A stretch of 64,000 nt of DNA, from positions 544,001 through 608,000 of the forward strand of contig CBDCXL010000002.1 in NCBI GenBank assembly GCA_965223795.1. Reading direction: 5' to 3'. Both the position numbers and the translations under genes were made by a program. Under the pieces are notes generated by a model. The model had not been told where the DNA came from. It saw nothing but the letters and a program-made list of their open reading frames with translations, and ran no database searches. The stretch comes from Nitrospinales bacterium (GTDB lineage Bacteria; Nitrospinota; Nitrospinia; Nitrospinales; VA-1). Below are positions 35,620-48,063 of the stretch, one piece after another (position 1 is the stretch's first letter; every line of letters begins with the position of its first letter).

Positions 35620-37716
35620 ATGGAAAAAGTAGAAATAGACATAGACGGGAAAGTACTATCTATTGAAGCTGGTGACCTCGCCCGCCAAGCCGGGGGAGCG
35701 GTGGTGATCCGCCAGGGAGATTCGATGGTTCTGGTGACCGCCACGATGGCCAAGCAGGCCAAGGAAGGTCAGGATTTTTTCCCCCTCACGGTGGACTACC
35801 GCGAACGCACCTACGCCGCCGGTAAGATTCCGGGCAGCTTTTTCAAACGCGAAGCGCGGCCGGGAGAGATCGAGACGCTGATCTGCCGGCTGATCGACCG
35901 GCCGATCCGGCCGTTGTTTCCCAAAGCCTTTCTCAACGAAACGCAGGTCATCTGCCTGGTGGTGTCGCACGATCAGGTCAACCCCACCGACGTGGTCGCC
36001 ATCACCGGCGCGTCGGCGGCGCTCATGATATCCGATATTCCTTTCACCACGCCCATCGCCGGCGCGCGCGTCGGCCGGATCGACGGCAACTTCGTCTTCA
36101 ATCCGACCTATGAAGAAACCGCGAGCAGCGATCTCAACCTGGTGATGGCGGGCACCTCCGACGGCATCGTCATGGTGGAAGCGGGCGCCAAGGAAATGAG
36201 CGAAGAAGTGATGATGAGCGCCCTGGAGTTCGGGCACGAACGCATCAAAAAAATCATCGAAATTCAGGAAAAACTGCACAGCCTCATCAATAAGGAAAAG
36301 GTGGCGGTGGAAAAAACCGATCCGGACGCGGACCTGCAATCCAAGGCGGACGGCCTGGCGCGGGGACGGCTGGAATCGGCCATGAACATTCCCGGCAAGC
36401 AGGAACGCACCGACACGATCAAGGCGATCAAGGAATCGCTGGTCGCGGAGCTCAATCCGGAGGACGACGACGCCGTCAAGAACGATCTCGACACCATTTA
36501 CCACGATCTGGAAAAGGAAGTGGTGCGCAACCTCATTCTGGACAAGGGCTACCGCGTCGACGGCCGCGGCCTGAAGGACATCCGGCCGATCAGCATCCAG
36601 GTGGGCTACCTGCCCAGGACGCACGGCTCGGCCATCTTCACGCGCGGTGAAACCCAGGCGCTGGTGACGACGACGCTCGGCACCTCCATCGACGAGCAGC
36701 GGATGGACAGCCTGGAGTTCAAGGGCACCAAGTCGTTTTTGCTGCATTACAATTTTCCCGCGTTCTGCACCGGTGAAGTCAAGTTCATCGGCGGGCCGGG
36801 CCGCCGGGAAATCGGCCACGGCATGCTGGCGGAACGCTCGCTGATTCCGGTTTTGCCCTCCAAGGACGACTTCCCCTACACCATCCGCATCGTTTCCGAG
36901 ATCCTCGAATCCAACGGTTCCTCCTCGATGGCCTCGGTGTGCGGCGGCGCGCTGTCGCTGATGGACGCGGGCGTTCCCATCAAGGAGCCGGTGGCGGGCA
37001 TCGCCATGGGACTCATCAAGGAAGGCGACCGCACGGCCATCCTGTCGGACATCCTGGGCAGCGAGGACCATCTCGGCGACATGGATTTCAAGGTGGCCGG
37101 GACGAAAAACGGCATCACCGCGCTGCAGATGGACATCAAGATCGGCGGGCTGGACAAGGCGCTCATGTCCACGGCGCTGGAGCAGGCGCGCGAAGGCCGG
37201 ATGCACATTCTCGGCGAGATGGGCAAGGTGCTGGAAACCCCGAGACAGCAGATGTCCATGTACGCGCCGCGCATCATCACCATGACCGTGCCGAAGGACA
37301 AGATCCGCGATATCATCGGACCGGGCGGCAAGGTGATCCGCGAGATCATCGACAAGACCGGCGTCACCATCGACATCAACGACGACGGCTTGGTGTCGAT
37401 CGCCTCGGCGGACGAGATGGCGGCGAAGGACGCCATCCATTTCGTCGAAAGCCTCATCCAGGAAGTGGAGGTCGGCAAGATCTATCTCGGCAAGGTCAAA
37501 AAGATCGTCGATTTCGGGGCGTTCGTGGAGATCCTGCCGGGCACCGACGGCCTGGTTCACATCTCGCAGGTCTGCGACAGGCGCATCAAGAGCGTGTCCG
37601 ATGAAATCCAGGAAGGCGACGAGATCAAGGTCAAGGTGATCGACGTCGACTCCCAGGGCAAGGTCAAGCTCAGCCGCAAGGAAGCGCTGCGCGAGGAAGC
37701 GGGCGTCGCGACCTGA
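35620..37716 (+). CDS. pnp: Polyribonucleotide nucleotidyltransferase (PNPase)
   Basis: [37 protein letters not shown] and S1 domains. Confidence 0.98.
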   Translation: MEKVEIDIDGKVLSIEAGDLARQAGGAVVIRQGDSMVLVTATMAKQAKEGQDFFPLTVDYRERTYAAGKIPGSFFKREARPGEIETLICRLIDRPIRPLFPKAFLNETQVICLVVSHDQVNPTDVVAITGASAALMISDIPFTTPIAGARVGRIDGNFVFNPTYEETASSDLNLVMAGTSDGIVMVEAGAKEMSEEVMMSALEFGHERIKKIIEIQEKLHSLINKEKVAVEKTDPDADLQSKADGLARGRLESAMNIPGKQERTDTIKAIKESLVAELNPEDDDAVKNDLDTIYHDLEKEVVRNLILDKGYRVDGRGLKDIRPISIQVGYLPRTHGSAIFTRGETQALVTTTLGTSIDEQRMDSLEFKGTKSFLLHYNFPAFCTGEVKFIGGPGRREIGHGMLAERSLIPVLPSKDDFPYTIRIVSEILESNGSSSMASVCGGALSLMDAGVPIKEPVAGIAMGLIKEGDRTAILSDILGSEDHLGDMDFKVAGTKNGITALQMDIKIGGLDKALMSTALEQAREGRMHILGEMGKVLETPRQQMSMYAPRIITMTVPKDKIRDIIGPGGKVIREIIDKTGVTIDINDDGLVSIASADEMAAKDAIHFVESLIQEVEVGKIYLGKVKKIVDFGAFVEILPGTDGLVHISQVCDRRIKSVSDEIQEGDEIKVKVIDVDSQGKVKLSRKEALREEAGVAT

Positions 37717-37742
37717 CGCAAGCTCCACTCTCTATAGCACCC

Positions 37743-37792
37743 AAGCCGGAAACGGCGGATCGCACACGGTCCGCGGTTTCCGGCTTTTTTTT
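37743..37792 (+). terminator. Rho-independent terminator after pnp
   Basis: AAGCCGGAAAC...GTTTCCGGCTT stem followed by a T run. Confidence 0.8.
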
Positions 37793-37905
37793 GACTTTCC
37801 GGCCGCCTTAGCAGCTTCGAAGCGGATTGGGTGTTTATTTGAAAATGGTTACACTTGGATCTGCTTGTGGCGTCGTTCACCTCATATCGAGAAAGGCAAA
37901 CCTGC

Positions 37906-38235
37906 ATGACTTCTTTTATCTACTACATAACCGCTGCCGCCGCCGAGATCGCCGGCTGCTTCGCCTTCTGGAGGTGGCTCAGGCTGGGGCACAGCCCCTG
38001 GTGGGTGGTTCCGGGCGCGGTGGCGCTGTGTGCGTTCGCGATCCTTCTCACCCGCATCGATTCCGCGTTCGCGGGCCGGGCGTTCGCCGCCTACGGCGGC
38101 GTCTACATCGCGGCGTCGCTGCTCTGGCTGTGGGGTGTGGAAGGCCAGCGGCCGGACCGGTGGGATGTGCTGGGCGGGGCGATCTGCCTGAGCGGCGCGG
38201 CGGTGATCCTGTTCGGCCCGCGGCCGGGGCTGTGA
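37906..38235 (+). CDS. ynfA: YnfA-family small membrane protein
   Basis: [23 protein letters not shown]. Confidence 0.9.
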   Translation: MTSFIYYITAAAAEIAGCFAFWRWLRLGHSPWWVVPGAVALCAFAILLTRIDSAFAGRAFAAYGGVYIAASLLWLWGVEGQRPDRWDVLGGAICLSGAAVILFGPRPGL

Positions 38236-38236
38236 G

Positions 38237-38992
38237 TCAGAACTGGATGTCCCACTCCTTCAGCCCTTCTATCGTCTTGTAGTGGGTGAGGTCGTAGTGG
38301 ATGGGGGTGATGGCGATGTGGTTCTTGGACACCATCTCGCAGTCGGTCTCCTTGTCCACCTCGTCGAAACGCATCTCGCCCGCCAGCCAGTAGTAGGTGT
38401 TGTTGCGCGGATCGACGCGTTTGTCAAAGGTCTCGATGACGCGGGATTTGCCCTGGCGGGTGATGGCCACGCCCTCGATCTGGTCGCGCGGCACCGCCGG
38501 CACGTTGATGTTGAGCGACACCCCCTCGGGCAGCCCCTTTTCCAGAACGGTGGGCACCAGCTTGCGGGTGAACTCGGCGGCGGGGCCGAAATCGGGATCG
38601 ACGAAGGTGTCGAGGGACACGGCGATGGCGGTGACGCCCATGATCGTGGCCTCGGTGGCGGCGGAGACGGTTCCGGAATAAATGGCGCAGGTTCCCAGAT
38701 TGCCGCCGAGATTGATCCCGGAGATCACCAGCTCGGGCGGCTCCTCCATGAGCACGGTGATGGCGATCTTGATGCAGTCGGCGGGGGTGCCGTTGACCGC
38801 GTAGCCGATGAACTCGCCGTTTTCGACCACTTTGTGGGTCTTGAGCGGATTGGACAGGGTGATGGCGTGCCCCACCGCACTCTGCTCGGTTTCCGGCGCC
38901 ACCACCATGACATCGGCGATCTTGGCGATCTCGCGCCGCAGCGTGCGCAGGCCGGGGGCGTTGATGCCGTCGTCGTTGGAAAGAATGATCAT
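38237..38992 (-). CDS. surE: 5'/3'-nucleotidase SurE
   Basis: SNDDG, GTPADC, SGINLG, YSGTVSAA. Confidence 0.95.
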   Translation of the reverse strand: MIILSNDDGINAPGLRTLRREIAKIADVMVVAPETEQSAVGHAITLSNPLKTHKVVENGEFIGYAVNGTPADCIKIAITVLMEEPPELVISGINLGGNLGTCAIYSGTVSAATEATIMGVTAIAVSLDTFVDPDFGPAAEFTRKLVPTVLEKGLPEGVSLNINVPAVPRDQIEGVAITRQGKSRVIETFDKRVDPRNNTYYWLAGEMRFDEVDKETDCEMVSKNHIAITPIHYDLTHYKTIEGLKEWDIQF

Positions 38993-39097
38993 ATCAATAC
39001 CGGGTCGCGCCCGGTAGCAACTATCGGTGAGAAAAGACTCCCGTCATCCGGCCGGAAAAAACGGGGGTTGAACCTCCGTAAACCACGGGATCCGCAT

Positions 39098-39135
39098 AAA
39101 AAAACGGGCGGACCGGGTTGACTCCGGTTCCGCCC
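39098..39135 (-). terminator. Intrinsic terminator after the peroxiredoxin gene
   Basis: GGGCGGAACCGG...CCGGTCCGCCC stem then T7 on the minus strand. Confidence 0.7.
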
Positions 39136-39185
39136 TGATTTCCCCTGTGTTCCAGGAAGTCGAGGCTGAGTGAAAATAAGCGCCG

Positions 39186-39773
39186 TCAATTGTGCTTGGA
39201 AAAATACTCCTGGGAGCCTTTCGGGTCCGCTTTCATGCCGTCGGCGCCTTCCTGCCAGTTCGCCGGGCAGACTTCGCCGTTTTTCTCGTGATACTGCAGG
39301 GCGTCCACCATGCGTAGCGCTTCGTCGATGTTGCGCCCCAGTGGCAGGTTGTTGATGAGCTGATGCTGGACGACGCCGTCCTTGTCGATCAGAAACAGGG
39401 CGCGGAACGCCACGCCGATGTCGGCCAGAACGTCGTAATCCTTGCTGATCTGCTTGGTCACGTCGCCGATCAGCGGGTATTGGATGTCCCCCAAACCGCC
39501 CTGTTTGCGGTCGGTGTTCCTCCAGGCCAGGTGCGAGAACTTGCTGTCGATGGAAACGCCGAGGATCTCCGTGTTGCGCTTTTTGAAATCCGCCGCCTTG
39601 GTGCTGAAGGCGATGATCTCGGTGGGGCAGACGAACGTGAAATCCAGGGGATAGAAGAATAAAATGACATATTTGCCGCGGAAGTCGGAAAGCTTGATCT
39701 GCTTGAAACTGCCGTCGGGCATGACCGCATCCGCTGTGAAATCGGGTGCAGGTTTGGAAACTAGGTTGGCCAT
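39186..39773 (-). CDS. ahpC: Typical 2-Cys peroxiredoxin (AhpC/TSA)
   Basis: [13 protein letters not shown] and GEVCPANW. Confidence 0.95.
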   Translation of the reverse strand: MANLVSKPAPDFTADAVMPDGSFKQIKLSDFRGKYVILFFYPLDFTFVCPTEIIAFSTKAADFKKRNTEILGVSIDSKFSHLAWRNTDRKQGGLGDIQYPLIGDVTKQISKDYDVLADIGVAFRALFLIDKDGVVQHQLINNLPLGRNIDEALRMVDALQYHEKNGEVCPANWQEGADGMKADPKGSQEYFSKHN

Positions 39774-40002
39774 ATTTTTAACTCCTCGTGAATAACGGTT
39801 GTTTTGGAAAGGCCTTAATACTACACAAATTTGCAGCCGGGTTCAAACCCGATGTTTCCCCCACTCCGCGTGGGGCGGGTTTGCTCACGCCGTGCAAAAC
39901 TCTTTTGGTTTGGTTCGAATTTCCTCCCTTCAGGCCCTCCTGCGCGGAGGGCGGACGGCCTGAAACACACAGCCGGATTTGTGTGTATGCCGGGACGCCC
40001 GC

Positions 40003-40031
40003 TTGACAGTGCCGGTGCCTCTATTTACAAT
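40003..40031 (+). promoter_or_regulatory. Near-consensus sigma70 promoter for the CDF transporter
   Basis: TTGACA-N17-TACAAT. Confidence 0.7.
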
Positions 40032-40104
40032 AAAAACATTCGAATTAAAGGGATTTTGACCGGCCAACGCCCGCTCCGATCCCGGCTCCCGTTCCCTCTC
40101 TGGT

Positions 40105-40992
40105 ATGGAATCGACACAAGTTCAAAAGCGGTTGAAAATCGCTATTTTCCTGACGTTCGCCATCTTCTGCTTCGAGGCGGCGGGCGGCTGGATTGCCGGC
40201 AGCTTGGCGCTGCTCAGCGACGCGGGACACATGTTCAGCGACGTGTTCGCCCTGTTTCTCAGCTGGATGGCGCTGCGCATCGCGACCCTGCCTTCGACTT
40301 CGACCAAAACCTACGGCTACCACCGGCTGGAGATCTTCGCGGCGCTGATCAACGGGCTTCTGCTCCTGGGCATGGCGGGCACGATCCTGTTCGAGGCGTT
40401 CGAGCGTTTTCAGAATCCGCGTGAGGTGCAGACCGGCATCGTGCTGCTGGTGGGCGGCATCGGACTGGCCACCAATCTGGCGGTGATCTACTTTCTCAAG
40501 GAACCGGGACTCCAATCGGGCGATTTGAACGTGAAAAGCGCGCTCTACCATGTTCTCGGCGACACGCTGGCCTCGTTAGGGGTGATCGCCGGCGCGCTGG
40601 TGATGCAATGGACGGGCTGGTTCTGGGTGGATGCGCTGGTGGGTGCGGCGATTGCGTGCCTTTTGATCTGGGGCGCCAAGCACATCCTCACCGATTCGGT
40701 GCACATCCTGCTGGAAGGGGTGCCCAAGGGCATCTCGCTGTCCGAGGTGAAGCGGGAGCTGACGGCCATCCCGGCGATCAAGAACATCCACGAGCTGCAC
40801 ATCTGGTGCATCTGCTCCAACATCTACGCGCTCAGCACGCACGCGCTGGTGGGGGATTCCAAGGCGAGCCAGGGACTGCTGACCGAAGTGCAGGACGTGC
40901 TGCGGCAAAAGTTCAACATCACCCATACCACCATCCAGTTCGAATCCACTCCCTGCGGGCAGGGCGAAATCCTGTGCGACATGAACCATTGA
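40105..40992 (+). CDS. Cation diffusion facilitator (ZitB/CzcD-like)
   Basis: SLALLSDAGHMFSD, TYGYHRLE, HVLGD, HELHIW, HTTIQ. Confidence 0.93.
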   Translation: MESTQVQKRLKIAIFLTFAIFCFEAAGGWIAGSLALLSDAGHMFSDVFALFLSWMALRIATLPSTSTKTYGYHRLEIFAALINGLLLLGMAGTILFEAFERFQNPREVQTGIVLLVGGIGLATNLAVIYFLKEPGLQSGDLNVKSALYHVLGDTLASLGVIAGALVMQWTGWFWVDALVGAAIACLLIWGAKHILTDSVHILLEGVPKGISLSEVKRELTAIPAIKNIHELHIWCICSNIYALSTHALVGDSKASQGLLTEVQDVLRQKFNITHTTIQFESTPCGQGEILCDMNH

Positions 40993-40999
40993 CGCCTCC

Positions 41000-41767
41000 A
41001 TGAACATTCTTTTTCTGGGTACAGGGACCTCGACCGGCGTTCCCTCGATGTGCTGCGAATGCGCGGTGTGCCGGTCCGAAGACCCCAAAAACAAACGGCT
41101 CCGGGCCTCGGTGCTGTTTCAGCACGACGGCTACAACCTGCTGATCGACACGTCCACGGACCTGCGCCAGCAGAGCCTGACGCACGGGCTCAAGCACATC
41201 GACAGCGTGCTGTTCACGCACCACCACGCGGACCACGTGCACGGCATCGACGAGCTGCGCAGCTTCAACTATTTCAATAAAACCGCCATCCCCTGCTACG
41301 GCAACGCGGAAACGCTGGAAGAGCTGAGAAACAAATTCAGCTACATTTTCAAGGGGTCGGCGGCGCAGGTGGGCGGGGGACTGCCGCAGCTCAACCTGCA
41401 TGCGCTGGACGGCGCGCCGCTGCCGCTCGGTGGGATGGAGGTGACGCGGCTGGACATCACGCACGGCAAACTCACGATCTCCGGGTACAAGGTCGACAAC
41501 TGCGCCTACATCACCGACTGCAGCGCCATCCCGGAGCAGACGATGGCAAAGCTGCACGGCCTGGACGTTTTGATCCTCAACGCGCTCGGCTTCGATCCGC
41601 ACCCGACGCACATGTGCCTCCGGGAAGCGCTTGACGTCATCGAGCAGCTTAGGCCCAGGCAGACGTTCCTGACGCACATCAACCACAAATTCGACCACAA
41701 CACGGTCTCGGCCGACCTTCCGGAAAACGTGCAGCTTGCCTATGACGGACTGACTGTGGAGGTTTGA
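41000..41767 (+). CDS. MBL-fold phosphodiesterase (PhnP/YycJ-like)
   Basis: GTGTSTGVP..CCECAVC, THHHADHVHGIDELR, THINH. Confidence 0.88.
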   Translation: MNILFLGTGTSTGVPSMCCECAVCRSEDPKNKRLRASVLFQHDGYNLLIDTSTDLRQQSLTHGLKHIDSVLFTHHHADHVHGIDELRSFNYFNKTAIPCYGNAETLEELRNKFSYIFKGSAAQVGGGLPQLNLHALDGAPLPLGGMEVTRLDITHGKLTISGYKVDNCAYITDCSAIPEQTMAKLHGLDVLILNALGFDPHPTHMCLREALDVIEQLRPRQTFLTHINHKFDHNTVSADLPENVQLAYDGLTVEV

Positions 41768-41850
41768 ATTTTGCCGGAAGTATTGCGAACTTTTTAAAAC
41801 AGCATCCTCGCGCAACACCCGCAGGAAACGCCGAAAAAAAACAAGTCTCG

Positions 41851-42065
41851 CGCAAAGACGCGAAGACGCAAATCCCCCCTCACCTAAATCCTCAAGCCAC
41901 CTTCAGTATTTTTTTATAGGCGGGTGGCAGAACAAGTTCTGCATTTCCTCATTAAACTGATTTAAAGGAGGGTCATCAAGCTATGCTTGACCTCCACCTT
42001 CTGGGGGGAGAGGAATTTCATTAAAAAATTCTCTAGCATTCCTTTGTGTTCTTTGCGTCTTTGCG
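41851..42065. repeat. Nested intergenic repeat, copy 1: outer CGCAAAGACGC-type inverted pair around a ~145 bp multi-hairpin element (41873-42017)
   Basis: 41851-41872 is an imperfect inverse complement of 42043-42065; the inner element aligns with 43658-43845. Confidence 0.8.
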
Positions 42066-42079
42066 GTTCCGTTCTTCAA

Positions 42080-42364
42080 TCAATAAAACCTGAGCGGCAC
42101 GAAATACCGGTGCACGAACCAGACCCCAAAGAACAACGGCACGCACAGGATTCCGTAAAACAGGGACGGGCCGGTTGCCAGTTTCAGCAAAACAGGAACC
42201 AGCAACAGGAACACCGCTATTCTGGAAGCGACCTCATAGCCTGTGTGCAGATACAGCCGGGTGTGGCAGCCGGGACAGGTGGCGGGCTTACGGTGGGAAA
42301 CGAACCACTTTTTCGCCAGGGGGATGGCACGCTGCCCGCATTGGGGGCATTGCCTTGGATTCAC
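42080..42364 (-). CDS. Small Zn-ribbon membrane protein
   Basis: CPQC...CPGC followed by two hydrophobic helices. Confidence 0.55.
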   Translation of the reverse strand: MNPRQCPQCGQRAIPLAKKWFVSHRKPATCPGCHTRLYLHTGYEVASRIAVFLLLVPVLLKLATGPSLFYGILCVPLFFGVWFVHRYFVPLRFY

Positions 42365-42418
42365 GTTTGCCCCGTTCGGGTGGGAATTGCCGTATCAGGG
42401 CAACGGGGAAAGCGCCGG

Positions 42419-42703
42419 TCAATCGAGGTCGAAATCGCGGAGGGGTTTTTCCACGTTGCGGTCGACCTTCTTCGCGGATTCCTTGAACCGCTCTTCCAGA
42501 AGGCGGTCGCGTTCTTTCTGGGTCTGGGTGTGCTTTTTGAACAGACTCTGCTGCTCTTTTTTCTGGGCGTCCAGCGATTTGACCATGTCCGACAGCGACA
42601 CGTCGGGCTTGGGTTTCTTTTCCTCCCAGATGACCTCTCCGGTTTTGATATCGACTTTCAGCTTGCTTTCGCAGCAAGGGCATTTGACATCGATGCTGCT
42701 CAT
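42419..42703 (-). CDS. Hypothetical protein with CPCC motif and coiled coil
   Basis: MSSIDVKCPCCESKLKVD...PLRDFDLD; coding-like codon usage. Confidence 0.7.
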   Translation of the reverse strand: MSSIDVKCPCCESKLKVDIKTGEVIWEEKKPKPDVSLSDMVKSLDAQKKEQQSLFKKHTQTQKERDRLLEERFKESAKKVDRNVEKPLRDFDLD

Positions 42704-42757
42704 GTTCGACCCCCAGTGTGTGGATGACCCTCCCTGCACGATTATACCAAATTTTAA

Positions 42758-43636
<879 letters not shown>

Positions 43637-43657
43637 GTGGAAATAAAAAGCATTCAT

Positions 43658-43845
43658 TTCCCCTCACCCCACCCTCAAGCCACCTCAAGTATTTCAATGA
43701 GCGGGTGCCGAGCTATGCTCGGCCAAGCCACCTTCCGTTTTTTAATATGCGGGTGGCAGAACAAGTTCTGCATTTCCTCATTAAAATGATTTTAAGGAGG
43801 GTCATCAAGCTTCGCTTGACCTCCCTCCTGAGGGGGGAGAGGAAT
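43658..43845. repeat. Multi-hairpin intergenic element, copy 2, with duplicated first module
   Basis: Shares GCGGGTGGCAGAACAAGTTCTGCATTTCCTCATTAAA...AGGAGGGTCATCAAGCT..GCTTGACCTCC...GGGGGGAGAGGAAT with copy 1. Confidence 0.85.
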
Positions 43846-43936
43846 ATTGAAGGAAGGAGCCCAACACAGGTAATAAGCAGTCTATTTGCGGGTTCTCTTC
43901 GCGTTTCATTGCAGAGCTGCTGAAGACTCTGCAGGT

Positions 43937-44650
43937 CTATTTTTCCCCGGCATCGGCGATGAACTGGTAGCCTTTTTCGCGCACGGTGAGGATGTGGCGG
44001 GGCTTCTGCGGTTTTTTCTCAAAGTGTTTTCTGAGCCGCGCGACGAAGTTGTCGACGGTGCGGGTTTCGGTCTCGGGGGCGTAGCCCCACACGGTTTCCA
44101 GCAGTTCCTCGCGCGTCACCACGTCGCCCTTCTTCGCCACCAATAGCTTCATGATCTGCGCTTCCTTGGCGGTGAGGTAGAACTCTCCCTGGCAGCCTTT
44201 GGCCTTGCCCGAGTCGAAGTCGATCCACATGTCGCCGAAGCGCATCACGCCCTCGTCGTTGACCGGCTGGCGGTACCAGTCCCACCTTCTTAAAATGCCT
44301 TTGACGCGCAGCAGCAGCTCCGGCAGGTGAAAGGGTTTGGCCAGGTAATCGTCGGCCCCCATTTCCAGTCCGGCGGCGCGGTCCTCGTCGGTCGATTTGG
44401 CGGACAGCATGAGGATGGGAAAACGGATGTCGGTTTCGCGGATGCGCCGGGCGACTTCCATCCCGCCCATCTTCGGCAGCATGAGGTCGAGGATCGCCAG
44501 GTCGAATTCCTGGCTTTGCAGGAGATCCAGGGCGCTCTGGCCGTCTTCCGCCACCACCACGCTGTACCCTTCCCGCTCCAGATTGAACTTGAGGCCCTTG
44601 GCGAGATGGCTCTCGTCTTCCACCACGAGTATCTTTTTCCTGGTTTCCAT
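43937..44650 (-). CDS. OmpR/PhoB-family response regulator
   Basis: REC (VVEDE, LDLMLP, GADDYLAKPF) plus winged helix (TRTVDNFVARLRK). Confidence 0.95.
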   Translation of the reverse strand: METRKKILVVEDESHLAKGLKFNLEREGYSVVVAEDGQSALDLLQSQEFDLAILDLMLPKMGGMEVARRIRETDIRFPILMLSAKSTDEDRAAGLEMGADDYLAKPFHLPELLLRVKGILRRWDWYRQPVNDEGVMRFGDMWIDFDSGKAKGCQGEFYLTAKEAQIMKLLVAKKGDVVTREELLETVWGYAPETETRTVDNFVARLRKHFEKKPQKPRHILTVREKGYQFIADAGEK

Positions 44651-44654
44651 AGGC

Positions 44655-45638
44655 TCAATTCACCGAAACCGCAGGGGGCACCGCCTGCTTTTCGAGCTTT
44701 TGCACAGGCAGACTCACGGTGAACACGGCGCCTTTGTTCAGGCCCTCGCTGGAGACGCGGATCGAACCTTTGTGGTTTTTGACGATCTCTTTGGAAATGA
44801 ACAGCCCCAGCCCGGCGCCTTCGATGTTCTGCGTGTCGAGGTTCTGCACCCGGTAGAACTTTTTGAAGATCTTTTTGACGTCTTTTTTATTCAAACCGAT
44901 GCCCTGGTCGATGAAATCGATTTCGCAGGTCTTTTTGCCGTTGCGCACCCGGATGGTGAGTGTCGAGCCCACGGGCGAGTATCGCAGCGCATTGCCGATC
45001 AGGTTGTTGAACACCATCCGCATGGCCCGCTGGTCCAGCTTGGCGATGACCGGCGCATCGGTCTCAAGATTCACATTGCAGTTTCGGTCCTCAAACTGGC
45101 GCTTCAGACCCTGGAGCACTTCGGAAAGGAACGCGCCCACCTCCACGGGCTTGAATTCCAGCTGCATGTTCTTGGGTTCGTATTTGCTGGAAGCCAGGAT
45201 GTTGTCGATCAGCGAGGACAGCCGCTCGGTGTCGGTCAGCATGGTCTCGACGAAATCTTCGGAGTCCTCCCTGGACACTTTCTGGTACTTCAGGGTTTCC
45301 AGATACAGCTGAATGGATGCGAGTGGTGATTTCAATTCGTGGGAAACGCTGGCGACGAAATTGCTCTGCAGGTCGTTCAGCTTCGCCTGCTTGTTCCAGT
45401 AAACAAAAATCATGTAGACCCCGGCCAGGATCACCAGCATTAAAAAACATCCTTCGAGCAAAATCAACCAGTTGAACTCGGCGCTGAAGAGATCCGGGCG
45501 CAGTTTCTGGGCGAAATCCTGCAAATCCCGGCTGTTTTTCAGGTACCAGTTGATCCAGACCGCCATCAGAATGATCCAGGCGATCTGGACCCCGATGAAG
45601 ATCATGATCGGGTGAAACAATGCACGCAATCGGTTCAT
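44655..45638 (-). CDS. Sensor histidine kinase with two TM helices and a short loop
   Basis: VSHELKSPL H-box, NLIGNA, DQGIG, GAGLGL. Confidence 0.95.
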   Translation of the reverse strand: MNRLRALFHPIMIFIGVQIAWIILMAVWINWYLKNSRDLQDFAQKLRPDLFSAEFNWLILLEGCFLMLVILAGVYMIFVYWNKQAKLNDLQSNFVASVSHELKSPLASIQLYLETLKYQKVSREDSEDFVETMLTDTERLSSLIDNILASSKYEPKNMQLEFKPVEVGAFLSEVLQGLKRQFEDRNCNVNLETDAPVIAKLDQRAMRMVFNNLIGNALRYSPVGSTLTIRVRNGKKTCEIDFIDQGIGLNKKDVKKIFKKFYRVQNLDTQNIEGAGLGLFISKEIVKNHKGSIRVSSEGLNKGAVFTVSLPVQKLEKQAVPPAVSVN

Positions 45639-45712
45639 GCGTCGATCTCCCTACGCCCTCCGGGCCCCCTGCTCCGGGCTGCCGGTCCCGGAACAGGCGG
45701 ATTCCCGTGATA

Positions 45713-45729
45713 TTACATAAGTTTTACAT
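45713..45729. promoter_or_regulatory. TTACAT direct repeat with 11-bp period, putative OmpR-family box
   Basis: TTACAT-aagtt-TTACAT in the divergent kinase/desaturase intergenic region. Confidence 0.45.
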
Positions 45730-45824
45730 TAGGGGCGTTGGTTCAAGGTTAAGATGAAATGGTTCAGATATACCTGCAATCCATATCGGAAACCGGTACG
45801 TTGACCTCTTGAAAGGGACGCTTC

Positions 45825-46718
<894 letters not shown>

Positions 46719-46738
46719 CCCCGATACACCGTATTCTC

Positions 46739-46775
46739 AATCCGGACCGGTTCTGACCGGTCCGGATTTTTTTTT
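46739..46775 (+). terminator. Intrinsic terminator after the desaturase
   Basis: AATCCGGACCGGT-tctg-ACCGGTCCGGATT followed by a T run. Confidence 0.85.
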
Positions 46776-46793
46776 GCCCTGATTGCGTCCGGC

Positions 46794-47288
46794 CTAAAGC
46801 ATGCGGTACAGATGCTGGCTGGGAATCGCGGGGCCGAATCCGGCTTTTTCGTAGGCCCGGCGTGCGGGAGCGTGGCTGGCGTCGGCGCCGGTGCCCACGG
46901 TTGCAACCCGCATCCCGGCCGCCCGCAGCCGGTTCAGCGCTTCTTCGAACATCCAGGTGCCGATTCCCCTGCCCTGGTGATCGGGATGGACCGCGTTGAG
47001 GTCGATTTCCCCGACCTGGGACTTGGGATCGCTGTTCACCGAGCAAAACGCGACGATGTCCGTGCCGTGCTCGATCACAAACACATCGTGCGAGGAGTCC
47101 GCGTCACAAATGGTATCGAGATATTCGGCCTGCTCGCGCTCCGCGCTGGTGATCGCAAATTCGGCGATGGTTTCGCCAACGAGGTCCCGGAACGACTGAA
47201 ACACGGATTTGTACGCCGCCTCGCGGATGGCGTGCAGCCGTGGCAGATCCTTCGGCGCAAACGCCCGGATGCGGCAGTTTTTGATCAT
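46794..47288 (-). CDS. GNAT-family N-acetyltransferase
   Basis: AVHPDHQGRGIG, ARRAYEKAGF. Confidence 0.88.
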   Translation of the reverse strand: MIKNCRIRAFAPKDLPRLHAIREAAYKSVFQSFRDLVGETIAEFAITSAEREQAEYLDTICDADSSHDVFVIEHGTDIVAFCSVNSDPKSQVGEIDLNAVHPDHQGRGIGTWMFEEALNRLRAAGMRVATVGTGADASHAPARRAYEKAGFGPAIPSQHLYRML

Positions 47289-47339
47289 GCGGCCGTCTCC
47301 CTTTCAGGGGCATGCATTGAATATCCCGGAGGCAATCGC

Positions 47340-48023
47340 TCACCAGTGGACGCGCTTCACGCCGGCCACCTTCGAGATATCCAGAATCAGCGCTTCTTCG
47401 TCGATTCCCTTCTTCACGATGACCGGGTACTTGATTTCCACTTCCTGCTGCGCATGGTCCACGATCCATTTCCGGCTGCCGGTTTTCAGGCCGAACTTTT
47501 GCATCACCTGCTGAATCCCCTCTTTCGCGCCGCCCCATTCCGGCAAATTCAGGTTGACCACCAGAATACGTGGATCCGGAAACGGGATCCATTTCTCCAG
47601 GTTTTTGAACAGAACCAGGATCACCAGCGCGCTGAAGGTGGCGCCGATGGCAAGGGCGTAGAACTGTTTGCCGATGAGGATTCCGATCCCCGCCACCAGC
47701 CAGATGCTGCCGGCGGTGGTCAGCCCGCGCACCAGGTTGCCTTCCTTGATGATGGCTCCGGCGCCGAGAAACCCGATGCCGGTGATGATGCCCGCGGCGA
47801 GCCGGTCCGGATCGAAAATCCCGTTTCCCGGCGGCAGGCTCTGCTGCGTGAATTCGGACCCGATGATCAGGATGGCCGCTCCCAGGCAGACCATCATGTG
47901 GGTGCGCAATCCGGCGGGACGCCAGCGCATCTCGCGTTCCAGCCCGACCAGACCGCCCAGAATCAAGGCCAGCGCCAGGCGGAGCAGAACGGAAACGTCG
48001 AGGTACCATTGCATCGCATCCAT
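47340..48023 (-). CDS. MgtC/SapB-family membrane protein
   Basis: GLERE..PAGLRTH, GIGFLGAG, GLTTAGSIW. Confidence 0.92.
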   Translation of the reverse strand: MDAMQWYLDVSVLLRLALALILGGLVGLEREMRWRPAGLRTHMMVCLGAAILIIGSEFTQQSLPPGNGIFDPDRLAAGIITGIGFLGAGAIIKEGNLVRGLTTAGSIWLVAGIGILIGKQFYALAIGATFSALVILVLFKNLEKWIPFPDPRILVVNLNLPEWGGAKEGIQQVMQKFGLKTGSRKWIVDHAQQEVEIKYPVIVKKGIDEEALILDISKVAGVKRVHW

Positions 48024-48063
48024 CGATCCCCTTCCCGCGGCGTGAAGACCGCTCTTCTATTCT

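Noticed and set aside
41000..41767. PhnP as evidence of a C-P lyase pathway linked to the PEP mutase
   Set aside because: No phnG-M genes in the window; stand-alone PhnP-like hydrolases are widespread
42080..42364. CPGCH as a heme c binding site
   Set aside because: It pairs with an upstream CPQC in an N-terminal segment without a signal peptide, which fits a Zn ribbon better
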